Notes: generated from the sequence alone by a model not told the origin. 64,000 nt of DNA from Bdellovibrionota bacterium (GCA_041739995.1 JBGSMV010000061.1:32001-96000); one strand, 5' to 3'. Shown: positions 10,408 to 19,384, numbered from the stretch's first letter. Numbers and translations: made by a program.

Positions 10408-11493
10408 TCAGCCCCCAATCAGGCTTGCTCTTAGCTGGCCGTGCTTCTTAAGAGTCTCTTCAGAGAGAAGATGTGGAGTATGCAACGGTGCAAAGGTGTT
10501 GAGAAACGTACGTATGCGCGAACTGCTTTGAGCGAATAGATCCGCATCAATTTGCCCACTATCGAGCAGTTGTTCCACCAGTCGGGCGACGCGGAATGCG
10601 CGCGCGGGATCGTGGTTAAACAGCAAAATATCACATCCAGCCATTGGCGCGCGCAGGGCAACTTCCTCGTCTGAATAATTCTGGGAAATGGCCTTCATGT
10701 CTAAGTCATCGCTGATGATTACGCCATCGAATCCCAATGACTCTCTGGCGAGGTCATAAAGCACGAGAGGAGAGAGGGTGGCGGGGAAATCAGGATCGAG
10801 GTGCGGGAAGAGAATGTGGGCGGACAGCAAAGCAGGAATTCCTGAGTTTATAATGGCATGGAAAGGAAGGAGCTCTCTTGCTTTAAGAGATTCCACTGAG
10901 CTCAAAAGAGTGGGGAGTTCTTCATGGGAATCTTGAGAAGTATCTCCATGTCCCGGAAAATGTTTAGCGACTGGAGCAATCGCTTCAGCAAGTAGGCCGC
11001 TTGAGAATTCGCAGGCGGCCTTGGCCACCTCTGCAGGGTCGCTAGAAAAAGCGCGTGCGCCAATAACGGGGTTTTTCGGATTCGAGTCAATGTCGACCAC
11101 CGGGGAAAACGACATGTTAATTCCAATGCTGCGCAGCTCAACTCCCATCGCAGTGGCGACCTCATGTGCGCGGTGGCGATACTCTCGAGCAAAGGGGAAG
11201 TGGGTAATGGGCTTAGGAGTGCGATAAACTCGGCCACCTTCGTGATCTAGGGCGAAGACCATTGACGAGCGTGGAATGAGCGCGAGCACAGATTCCCGAA
11301 GTGCTGATAGCTCGTCTAGCCAACCCTGATAGGGCAGATGTGAGGCGAAGTTATGTGCTCTGAGGATTACACCCAGCGGCTTCATTGCGCTGAGCCACGA
11401 CGACTCCTCTTCAGTAAGCCGCGTGCCAGAGAGCCCAACGATGAAGTGGCGCCCAATCTCCTCGGACACAGAATCGGATGCGGACTTGCTCAC
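10408..11493 (-). CDS. nagZ: Beta-N-acetylhexosaminidase (GH3)
   Basis: DHEGGRVYR, KHFPGHGDTSQDSH, SDDLDM. Confidence 0.93.
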   Translation of the reverse strand: MSKSASDSVSEEIGRHFIVGLSGTRLTEEESSWLSAMKPLGVILRAHNFASHLPYQGWLDELSALRESVLALIPRSSMVFALDHEGGRVYRTPKPITHFPFAREYRHRAHEVATAMGVELRSIGINMSFSPVVDIDSNPKNPVIGARAFSSDPAEVAKAACEFSSGLLAEAIAPVAKHFPGHGDTSQDSHEELPTLLSSVESLKARELLPFHAIINSGIPALLSAHILFPHLDPDFPATLSPLVLYDLARESLGFDGVIISDDLDMKAISQNYSDEEVALRAPMAGCDILLFNHDPARAFRVARLVEQLLDSGQIDADLFAQSSSRIRTFLNTFAPLHTPHLLSEETLKKHGQLRASLIGG

Positions 11494-11679
11494 CGGTAAA
11501 AATCCTCAAAATGGCGCGATCTGCGGTTAGGTTCGCCTGCGGCAAGGGGTTTGTCGAGGCTAATCGGTCGAAGTTTGTTCGAGCGTGTAAGGTCTAGATT
11601 CCTCAAGAAAACCAAGGGAGTTGGCCTGAAAACCGGCCTCTGTGCACTCTGTGGCAGGTTGTAGTACCCTTTTCTTAGC

Positions 11680-11729
11680 GCCTGAGGGGTTTACACCCCA
11701 GGGCAGCTGGTGCTGCGAGAGCAGCGAGC
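11680..11729 (+). promoter_or_regulatory. Two tandem hairpins in the panB leader, possible pan-type RNA motif
   Basis: CCTGAGGGGT-TTAC-ACCCCAGG (bulged purine on the 5' arm) then GCTGC-GAGA-GCAGC, about 95 nt upstream of panB. Confidence 0.35.
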
Positions 11730-11822
11730 GTTAGTTCGAGTTTTTAGTGGGTGTGTAGAGTTAATCAGCAACTTTAGCCCCAAGACATTGAGCATTTACT
11801 GCAATTACAGGAATGACTCGTT

Positions 11823-12806
11823 ATGAAATCAAAGACCACAAGACCGGCTTGCCCGGCGCCTCAAGAATCAATCCGAAGAGGTCCCCAGTCTGCGGCTCCG
11901 GCCCCGACTCAGGTTTCCCGTGTAACTGTACCGTCTTTGGTGGCACGCAAGGTTGCGACGGGTGCTACTCCAATCTCAGCGCTGACCGCGTACGACGCGA
12001 CGTTCGCCCGGCTCTTCGACCGAGCAGGAGTCGACGTGTTGTTAGTGGGGGACTCCGTCGCCAGTGTTGTTCAGGGGCTTGAGACCACGATACCGGTGAC
12101 ACTTGACGAGATGATTTATCACTGTCGATGTGTCGCGCGCGTGGTGAGGCATGCCCTGGTGGTGGGTGACATGCCATTTTTGTCCTACCAGGTATCAGTC
12201 GAAGAAGCGGTGCTCTCAGCGGGGCGGCTCCTGAAGGAAGGTGGTGTCGCCGCGGTAAAATTAGAAGGTGGTCTTGCAGTCGCGCGCACCATTGAAAGAT
12301 TGGTGGGCTTTGACATTCCGGTGATGGGGCATGTGGGCCTTACGCCGCAGTCTTATCATCGCATGGGCGGGCACCGCGTTCAGGGACGCGTGCGCGGAAG
12401 TGCGCGGGATGCGGGTAGTGCCGAGCGAATTATTCTTGATGCCAAAGCCGTCGCGGCCGCTGGCGCTTTCGCGCTGGTAATCGAGGGTGTGCCGAGCGAA
12501 GTAGCAGCGGAGATAACTGCTTCTGTTTCTATTCCAACCATCGGCATTGGTGCAGGAGTGGAGTGCGATGGGCAGATACTTGTTGGGGCCGATGCGCTTG
12601 GGCTTAATCCTGAGTTTAGTCCACGCTTTGTGAGGAGGTTTGCAGAGTTGGGAAAAGCTACGATTGAGGCGACCGCAGATTTTTGTAGAACTGTTCAAGC
12701 AAGGGCGTTTCCAGGCAAGGAGCATTCAATAGCTACGAGTAAAGCGGCGGATGCATCGCCTGCAAAACGAACTATAAAAAAGCAAAAGTCGCCGCAGGAG
12801 GTTTAG
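11823..12806 (+). CDS. panB: 3-methyl-2-oxobutanoate hydroxymethyltransferase
   Basis: LTAYD, LLVGDS, DMPFLSY, AVKLEGG, MGHVGLTPQS, TIGIGAG..CDGQILV. Confidence 0.96.
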   Translation: MKSKTTRPACPAPQESIRRGPQSAAPAPTQVSRVTVPSLVARKVATGATPISALTAYDATFARLFDRAGVDVLLVGDSVASVVQGLETTIPVTLDEMIYHCRCVARVVRHALVVGDMPFLSYQVSVEEAVLSAGRLLKEGGVAAVKLEGGLAVARTIERLVGFDIPVMGHVGLTPQSYHRMGGHRVQGRVRGSARDAGSAERIILDAKAVAAAGAFALVIEGVPSEVAAEITASVSIPTIGIGAGVECDGQILVGADALGLNPEFSPRFVRRFAELGKATIEATADFCRTVQARAFPGKEHSIATSKAADASPAKRTIKKQKSPQEV

Positions 12807-12807
12807 G

Positions 12808-13218
12808 ATGATGGAAGGCTATCGACGGTTACTCAGAGGAAAAATTCATCGTGCTACAGTCACGCACGCCGATCTTCACTACGAGGGCAGCATTTCTTTG
12901 TCGCCGGAACTTTTAGAGGCGGCCGGGTTTGTTGAGTACGAAGCAGTAGCAATTTGGAATGTAACTAATGGTCAACGCTTCGAGACCTACACTATCTGCG
13001 GGGAGTCCGGTTCTCGAGATATTTCAATTAATGGCGCAGCCGCTCGTCTTGTCGCACCTGGTGATTTGATAATAATCGCGTGCTTCGAGCTCGTGCCCGA
13101 GGCAAAGGCCGCGACCCATCAACCGCGCCTGGTCTTTGTGGACGCGAAAAATCGAATGCTTCCGTCTCGCCCCGAGGTGCCGGGGCCCAAGCGGGCACCG
13201 CATTTAGTCTCGGTGTAG
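12808..13218 (+). CDS. panD: Aspartate 1-decarboxylase
   Basis: KIHRATVT, YEG|SI self-cleavage site, NGQRFETY, NGAAAR. Confidence 0.96.
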   Translation: MMEGYRRLLRGKIHRATVTHADLHYEGSISLSPELLEAAGFVEYEAVAIWNVTNGQRFETYTICGESGSRDISINGAAARLVAPGDLIIIACFELVPEAKAATHQPRLVFVDAKNRMLPSRPEVPGPKRAPHLVSV

Positions 13219-13371
13219 TAGGGGCTCTGTAGAGTCGGTACTGAGCTTCTTGCCCGATGCCTTGAAAAGTGGGCACTCGACGGCTAACCTGACCCGCTGC
13301 TTTGTAAAAGTTGCAGATTAAAAGTTTCAGAAATTAATCGCCGCGATAAGGATCGGGCGAACTAGGCAGAT

Positions 13372-13836
13372 ATGGCTAAGGCGGAGGGTGCACATAAGGT
13401 CATTTGCGATAATCGCAAAGCACGCTTCAATTACGAGATCATTGAAGTGTTCGAAGCGGGACTCGTGCTGACTGGTCCGGAGATCAAGTCTGCGCGTGCA
13501 GGTCACGTTAAGCTGGACGCAAGTTTTGTTCGAGCTGATGGTGATGAGTTGTTTCTTGTGCAAGCTCGAATTGAGCCCTACCAATTTGATTCCCAGCAAG
13601 TGCTAGATCCGAGCCGCAAGCGAAAGCTGCTTTTGAATCGGCGTGAGCTCGATAAGCTACGTAGCTCGATTGAGAAGAAGGGCCTGACGATTGTTCCGCT
13701 CCGAATGTACCTCAAGCGCGGCTTCGCCAAGATAGAGGTGGCTCTTGCACGTGGAAAGAACGTTGCCGACAAGCGTGACACCGTCAAGAAGCGTGAGGCC
13801 GACCGAGAGGCACAGCGCGCCATGAAGCGCGGGTAA
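13372..13836 (+). CDS. smpB: SsrA-binding protein
   Basis: NRKARFNY, EAGLVLTGPEIKS, RKLLL, ARGK..DKR; directly upstream of tmRNA. Confidence 0.97.
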   Translation: MAKAEGAHKVICDNRKARFNYEIIEVFEAGLVLTGPEIKSARAGHVKLDASFVRADGDELFLVQARIEPYQFDSQQVLDPSRKRKLLLNRRELDKLRSSIEKKGLTIVPLRMYLKRGFAKIEVALARGKNVADKRDTVKKREADREAQRAMKRG

Positions 13837-13931
13837 GTATCCTAAGTCCCCAGGCCCTCAAATATCATCTTAGATCAGGTGGAAAAATGGCATTGGAAGC
13901 CTTATATAGGTGGAGAGATTGTAATTTTTAT

Positions 13932-14323
13932 GGGGGTGTCAAGGTATCGACGGGATTCAACGATGCGATAGTAAGCGTGCCCAGGGACCGCTGGCCTGGT
14001 AAAAAAGCGGAATCTAAGAAGTGCTAACACAGACTTCACTCGTAACGAACGTATGGCTCTAGCAGCCTAACGGACGCTACGAAAAAATAGATTCATAGCC
14101 ACAAGCTACGAATCGGTCGCGAGGCGCCATGCTCGTAACGTCACGCGACTCATTCTCGAGCTGGTTCCTCATCGCGTCGAATGGTGGGGAATGAGAAAAC
14201 TTTCGACTGGCTGTTTCGTATCCTGTGGGTTGGAGACGGAGCAGTAAGATAAATCACTCACTACGCATGTAGAAAGCTATCGTTGACGCTTCTCGGACGC
14301 GGGTTCGACTCCCGCCACCTCCA
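13932..14323 (+). ncRNA. ssrA: tmRNA; tag ORF 14023-14070 encodes (A)ANTDFTRNERMALAA*
   Basis: 5' GGGGGTG pairs with 3' CACCTCC-A including the G3:U alanine determinant; TCGAC after the 5' stem; T-arm GCGGGTTCGACTCCCGC; tag ends LAA-stop; CCA not encoded. Confidence 0.96.
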
Positions 14324-14489
14324 TTCGACTCGGCCATAAAGGCCTCGCTCATGGCAAGCCATCCCTTCCGAGTCGAATGGAGCCCTGAGCGACCGAGAGG
14401 GAGTCGAAGGGCTCTCTCCGACCAAAGTTCGAATTGGTTCGACTCGCGCCACAGGCGCGCGCTCATTTATGGTGAGCTTGTCGAAGGGC
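14324..14489. repeat. Cluster of four REP-like hairpins (TTCGAC...GCTCA core) in alternating orientation
   Basis: Units at 14324-14351 (+), 14386-14408 (-), 14438-14465 (+), 14473-14485 (-), each with a different inner stem or loop. Confidence 0.75.
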
Positions 14490-14505
14490 TTCTCTTGGCT
14501 AGGTT

Positions 14506-14763
14506 CTACAGGTTAGTCCAATCGCCTGCAATCAAGGCGTCCTTCTTTGATCTACTCCACCCTTTGATCTGTCGTTCCCGTTTAAAAGCGTTGGCTTTAT
14601 TTTCAAACGTTTCTCTATAAACAATCTTCCAAGGCATGAATTTGCGAGTATGCCCACACCTACCTGAGTTGTGGTACTCCAGTCGCAGAATTAGGTCAGC
14701 GGTCGCGCCGATGTACAATTGCCCTGGATTGCTGAAACTTCTCAAAATATACACGTGATTCAC
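14506..14763 (-). CDS. Stand-alone GIY-YIG nuclease (UPF0213/YhbQ-like)
   Basis: VYIL...LYIG, RLEYHN, A.KRERQIKGWSRSKK. Confidence 0.9.
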   Translation of the reverse strand: MNHVYILRSFSNPGQLYIGATADLILRLEYHNSGRCGHTRKFMPWKIVYRETFENKANAFKRERQIKGWSRSKKDALIAGDWTNL

Positions 14764-14913
14764 GCGTATATATTCGGAGAATCGAACAAGAAGTTTCCTA
14801 TAACCAGTTTAGCTTTATATCCCGAGTTGAGTAGTACCAGAGGATGAGGTTTCTCCACGGTTTCTTTCGGTCCTTCCGTCCCTATTCGAAAGCCAGGAAG
14901 AATGGTCTCCGCA

Positions 14914-15378
14914 CTATGCCTTTGAGCGAACCGGCGTCATCCTCACATACAACAACTTCTCCACCTCAGCGATAACTCCGCCATTTTCGTCCACGACCTG
15001 AGTCATGAGAGTGGTTTCGAACTTCCCGAGTTCCAACGCCTTGGAGCGAATGTCCTTCACTGTGCTCGAGGATATTGAGAACTTTGCAGAGACGGCACCT
15101 TTTCCAGGACGCTTAAAGCGAATAGTGGCAGCTTTGTCCCACACGATAAAATCAGGGCCAAGCTGCTTAATCAGGATGAGCATGAACCAGGGGTCACACA
15201 TCGAGTAGAGTGAGCCACCGTAATGCACGCCAACATAGTTGCGGTTCCACCAACGCATCTTCATCTGCACCTCTAGTGCTGACCAGTCCGTCTCGCGATG
15301 GACCATGCGAATGCCGGCCCCTAGGAACGGAGGATACCAATTGATGAATCGATCGAATATTCGCTGTCTGGAGAACAT
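14914..15378 (-). CDS. DUF4442/PaaI-like hotdog-fold thioesterase
   Basis: NWYPPFLGAGI, NRNYVGVHYGGSLYSMCDP, VWDKAATIRFKRPG. Confidence 0.88.
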   Translation of the reverse strand: MFSRQRIFDRFINWYPPFLGAGIRMVHRETDWSALEVQMKMRWWNRNYVGVHYGGSLYSMCDPWFMLILIKQLGPDFIVWDKAATIRFKRPGKGAVSAKFSISSSTVKDIRSKALELGKFETTLMTQVVDENGGVIAEVEKLLYVRMTPVRSKA

Positions 15379-15435
15379 AGAAACTACCTTTTCGATGCAA
15401 TCACTGCATCAAGTGCGCTGATGGTGTAGGGTTAC

Positions 15436-16587
15436 ATGATGCAAATCACGACACCACGGGGAACAATCTTGTCGATGACCATGGTTTTCGGGTCATGGGC
15501 GAAATTTCAGCTAAGACTTGTAGCCCTTGCTGCTTGCCTGATTCTGCTTCAGCTCAACCGAGTGTGCGCTGAAAACCCGCGCGAATTGCCCACCGTTCGA
15601 ATCGGAGCGATTTCAAACCTAACGGGTGAAGGGTCGTCATGGGGTATTAATCATCAGCGCGGGACTATCCTGGCGATGGAACAGCGCAATTCGGCTGGAG
15701 GCATTAGAGGCCAAAAGGTCGAAATCTTGTTCGAGGATTCCCCGGGTGGAGTCGCGCGTAATGCGGTTTCTGCTTATCGCAAGCTGGTTGACCTAGAAAA
15801 GGTGCGGGTGATTCTTGGGCCCTTAATGGGGGATGAATTGCTGGCTGTTTCTCCGCTTTCCCTGAGAGATAAGGTTTTTATGGTGGGGGCGACCTATATG
15901 CCAAGGCTCCCTGATAACTTTTTCTCAACCTGGATTGATGTTGATCAGGAAAGCGATCTGCTGGCTGAGCGGCTGCGCGCTTCCTACGGAAGAATTGCGA
16001 TTTTAGGTTCACAGCAGAGTTGGGAAAGCGCGGTGGCGCACCGAGTGAGAGCGACATTTACGAAACTTGGAGGTGAAGTTGTTGGATTCGAGGAGCCGTC
16101 TTCCGATGCGAGCGATGTCGCAGCCGAGGTGCTCAGGATTAGTCGGGGGTCTCCGGAGGCGATAGTAATTTCTAGCTACTTCCTTCTCCCGCACTATGCG
16201 CGGGAAATTCACCGATTGGGACTTGCGGCTCAGTTGTTTGGGATTGAACTCGACCAGTCAGTCATCGATAGCTGTGAGGGTAGGGTTGAAGGACTACGAT
16301 TTATCGGACCGACACCGCCAACGAAGGCATTCGTGGACGCGTTTCAAGTGAGATGGGGTTCGCCTCCTGATTTGCCGGCTGCGCATTCCTATGATGCCGC
16401 GCGCGTATTGTTTGCAGCGCTCGAACAAACCGATCAAAGCTTTGAGCAGCTAAAAGGCTATTTCTCCCGACTGCTTAAGTACGAAGGAGTGACGGGTACG
16501 ATCTCGAGTGCCACAAACAGCACTCCGCTTCGCACCTCATGGTACTCCGTCGTCGCCGGACGAGTTCAGCAAGAGCAAAGACCCTAG
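15436..16587 (+). CDS. ABC transporter substrate-binding protein (LivJ/K-like, periplasmic binding protein type 1)
   Basis: IGAISNLTG, N..GGIRGQKVE..FED, AAHSYDAA, YEGVTGTI; no permease genes adjacent. Confidence 0.85.
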   Translation: MMQITTPRGTILSMTMVFGSWAKFQLRLVALAACLILLQLNRVCAENPRELPTVRIGAISNLTGEGSSWGINHQRGTILAMEQRNSAGGIRGQKVEILFEDSPGGVARNAVSAYRKLVDLEKVRVILGPLMGDELLAVSPLSLRDKVFMVGATYMPRLPDNFFSTWIDVDQESDLLAERLRASYGRIAILGSQQSWESAVAHRVRATFTKLGGEVVGFEEPSSDASDVAAEVLRISRGSPEAIVISSYFLLPHYAREIHRLGLAAQLFGIELDQSVIDSCEGRVEGLRFIGPTPPTKAFVDAFQVRWGSPPDLPAAHSYDAARVLFAALEQTDQSFEQLKGYFSRLLKYEGVTGTISSATNSTPLRTSWYSVVAGRVQQEQRP

Positions 16588-16609
16588 GGAACTTGCTCAG
16601 GGGCTCGTT

Positions 16610-17020
16610 TTAGCGGCTCACGCAGCCGAGTCCTCCAGGGAGCCGAATATCGCGACAGCCTCGTTTTTTTTCAGCCGAGGAGCAACGCTGCTCGCTCGGG
16701 CGAAAGCCAGAGGGGCAGTACTCTCTTGGGGGAGGTGGCGGAGTGGGGCGACTTTGAGCTTCTTCTAAACGTCTGCGCTCCTCTTCCAGGCGACGCCTTT
16801 CGTCTTCAGCTCGGTCGCGCTCGCGTTCAAGTTCTCTACGCTCATCGCGGAGTCGTCGCCGCTCTTGTTCGTTGTAATAGTCATCTTGTCCGTAGGGTTG
16901 CCCATACCCTTGTCCATACCCTGGAGAGTTTCCGTTTCCATCGTAGGGGAAGGTGGCGCAACTGGTAAGTGCCAAAAGAGAAAGCGTGAATATCACGGTG
17001 CTGAATACAGAAATCTTCAT
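16610..17020 (-). CDS. Lipoprotein with coiled coil, Pro linker and 4-Cys C-terminal module
   Basis: Lipobox LTSC; ERRRL repeats; CPSGF..RCS..RGC..GC. Confidence 0.75.
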   Translation of the reverse strand: MKISVFSTVIFTLSLLALTSCATFPYDGNGNSPGYGQGYGQPYGQDDYYNEQERRRLRDERRELERERDRAEDERRRLEEERRRLEEAQSRPTPPPPPREYCPSGFRPSEQRCSSAEKKRGCRDIRLPGGLGCVSR

Positions 17021-17045
17021 ACAGAGTCTCCTAGAACTGCAGTTC

Positions 17046-17480
17046 TTATGATTTGTGTTTAAGTAGGTCTCTAATCTCGGTAAGGAGGAGTTCTTCGCTG
17101 CTTGGTGCTGGCGGTGTCGAGGGTGTTGGAGCAGGCTTTGCCCGAAGCGAGTTAATAAATTTCACTAGCATAAACACGCAAAAGGCTAGGATGACGAAGT
17201 TAATCATTATAGTGACGAAGTTTCCAAAGGCGAGCACAGGACCGAGCTTTCTTGCTTCTGTAAGTACTGGAGGTACGGCGCTTTCGGTGCTGCCTAAGAA
17301 AAAGAAATAGTTAGAGAAGTCCACGCCACTACGCATAATGCCAGCGATAAGCGGCATGATGAGGTCATCAATCATCGAGCTTACAATTTTTCCGAAGGCG
17401 GCGCCGATAATGACACCGACAGCCATGTCGATGGCGTTGCCCTTGACAGCAAATTCACGAAATTCGTTTATGATCTTCAT
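17046..17480 (-). CDS. mscL: Large-conductance mechanosensitive channel
   Basis: EFREFAVKGNAIDMAVGVIIGAAFGKIVSS and LLTEIRDLL. Confidence 0.97.
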   Translation of the reverse strand: MKIINEFREFAVKGNAIDMAVGVIIGAAFGKIVSSMIDDLIMPLIAGIMRSGVDFSNYFFFLGSTESAVPPVLTEARKLGPVLAFGNFVTIMINFVILAFCVFMLVKFINSLRAKPAPTPSTPPAPSSEELLLTEIRDLLKHKS

Positions 17481-17560
17481 TTTCAATATCCTCGGACTCC
17501 GGTGCGAACAGGGCCAAGACTAATCTGGCGCGTGGCAGGATGTAAACGTGGACGTGGAAG

Positions 17561-17713
17561 GAACCAATTCGAACCAGGGGCGGACAACTCGACTTCGCTC
17601 CTGATGGAGCTACGTCGGAGTCTAGCCTTCGCCGGAGGCTTGCCCGGACGAAGCCCTCTCGAATAATCGAATCACCATCGCCACTTGCAGGCGAAGTCTG
17701 GACCTAGCGGGAA
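17561..17713 (-). repeat. Second REP-like hairpin module (TTCGC...GCTAC/GCTTC family) starting at a tmRNA-3'-like fragment
   Basis: Minus strand reads TTCCCGCTAGGTCCA-GACTTCGCC...GGCTTCGTC-CGGGCAAGCC...CGACGTAGCTCC-ATCA-GGAGCGAAGTCG...TCCGCCCCTGGTTCGAATTGGTTC. Confidence 0.65.
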
Positions 17714-17724
17714 CGGGGGCCTAC

Positions 17725-18192
17725 CTAAGAGCGGGGCATAGACGCTTCGTCCCTAAGGTTTCTGGCACAATGGTGATTATAAATCGTTACGCAAAGTGGG
17801 TGTGCGGATGGGGATACGAGCTGAACCGCGGTTAAAAGCTCGGGGTCCTTAACTAGCGCATCAGCAATCAATGCCTGCGCAGCGATTGGGTTCCAACTCC
17901 CATCCTGGGATTGAACTATTCGAGCCAACACGGCCGTAGCTTCGGCCCTTGCCAGTAAATCTGGTTGGCTAATGAAGCTGGTCTCCAGGTCAACTAGCAG
18001 GCGCCTGTCCCGCTCACCGAGTCTTGAAACGCTGTTCTCGTCGGTGATTGCGAGACGGTGTAGTTCTAGAAGTGAACCCCCTTCCGTCGTTTCAATACGG
18101 TCCGGAGGTCTTAAATCTTCGTGGTAGGGAGCTTCGTCGGGAGTGGGAAGAGGGGCGAATGTCATATGCCGTACTGCTAACAAAACCCTCAC
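17725..18192 (-). CDS. Hypothetical protein
   Basis: 155 aa ORF; no motif; start uncertain. Confidence 0.45.
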   Translation of the reverse strand: MRVLLAVRHMTFAPLPTPDEAPYHEDLRPPDRIETTEGGSLLELHRLAITDENSVSRLGERDRRLLVDLETSFISQPDLLARAEATAVLARIVQSQDGSWNPIAAQALIADALVKDPELLTAVQLVSPSAHPLCVTIYNHHCARNLRDEASMPRS

Positions 18193-18277
18193 ACTTAATC
18201 AAATGGAATTAACATATCAGTAGGTTAGCAGGGTATTCGTTTAAATTGATTAGCGAGTCAATCGCGTTCACTCTTAA

Positions 18278-18859
18278 GTGATTCGTGCGCGTCGAGTAGA
18301 GGCGCTCCTATGCGGTATTTATCCAAGGGCTTCTACTCGACGCGTCGGGAGATGGGTTTTGTTTGGAGGAGCTTCGTGCTCTCTCCTACCCGTAAGCTTC
18401 GCGCGTCCCTATGTGCCACAGAGAGTGGCGAGGAAGGGGTTCATGATGAACCGTACCTATGGATCGATGCGGCTCAGTTCGGGGGAGGTTTTGTCTCAGG
18501 CCATGGCTTTTAGCCGAAGAGTGGCTACTGGCTCGCTGGCGCGACCGCTGCGCACCGACGAAAGGCAGGTGTTGGCGGCGCTCGAGTACTTTGTTGCTAC
18601 TCGGGGTGGAGAGGTGCGCGATCAGATTCCGATTGGGTTTGTTCGCTGTGTGTTCTCTTCGGGTCCTTCCGCTCGCTGGTGGAAAGACTCCTGCCCTGAG
18701 CCGCTTCCGTTCCGTCTTTCAGACAATCCAGGCCTCCGCAATTCGGCGGCCAGCGCATTGTCTGAGGGGCAGTTCGAAGAGGTCGGCGAAGAGTTCATAC
18801 GGTACTCGGTTGGACTCGCGGTGCTGGACGTCGCCGATCGATTTCGTGTGGCGTGCTGA
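18278..18859 (+). CDS. Hypothetical protein (probable start at MMNRT, about 18443)
   Basis: AAGGGG SD-like sequence before the internal ATG; no motif. Confidence 0.45.
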   Translation: MIRARRVEALLCGIYPRASTRRVGRWVLFGGASCSLLPVSFARPYVPQRVARKGFMMNRTYGSMRLSSGEVLSQAMAFSRRVATGSLARPLRTDERQVLAALEYFVATRGGEVRDQIPIGFVRCVFSSGPSARWWKDSCPEPLPFRLSDNPGLRNSAASALSEGQFEEVGEEFIRYSVGLAVLDVADRFRVAC

Positions 18860-19009
18860 GTGACTGTGAAGAGTGGAGTAACCCAGGTGCGAGTGAGACA
18901 AAGCGGAGCTTTGTATCCTCGCACCTGGTGTTTTGGTTTGTATTCCCGACGCGTTGATCCCTCTATCTTACAATCTTCAATGAGCATCACGGGCCATTAA
19001 GAACCTTAT

Positions 19010-19384
19010 GTGACTATCCGCGGGTGTGAATTGTCGCGCTCTTTGGTGCCAATTAAGCACTTGAATCTCCGTCGAGAGATGATTATCCATTCCCCTATGA
19101 CTGAGTATTTCATGCCATATGCCGGTGAAGCGCCGGCGACCGTATTGATAAACGGCCATCGAGTGGTATTGGTCACCCGCGACTCCGATCAGCTCGAATC
19201 TGACCTCGAGTCTGTGGGCGGTGATCGTGTATGTGCCATAGACGAGACTGAATTTGACAGCGAGGAACAACTTTTGACCTACTTCGCACAGACTACCAAC
19301 GCCCATGTAGTGATGACGCCATCGGAAGTCTCGCTTTCGGTAGTGCTTGAGGGGCTTGAGCGTGAGTTGCCCTGGATTCAATAG
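19010..19384 (+). CDS. Hypothetical acidic protein
   Basis: Compact globular-looking ORF (PATVLINGHRVVLV...ELPWIQ); start probably about 19098. Confidence 0.55.
   Translation: MTIRGCELSRSLVPIKHLNLRREMIIHSPMTEYFMPYAGEAPATVLINGHRVVLVTRDSDQLESDLESVGGDRVCAIDETEFDSEEQLLTYFAQTTNAHVVMTPSEVSLSVVLEGLERELPWIQ

Noticed and set aside
14254..14620. ORFs 14254..14466, 14261..14452 and 14351..14620
   Set aside because: They overlap the tmRNA 3' end, the repeat cluster or the GIY-YIG antisense strand
13932..17720. Classical integrase-driven island at ssrA
   Set aside because: No integrase gene, and the tmRNA-like fragment at about 17700 is inverted rather than a direct attR repeat
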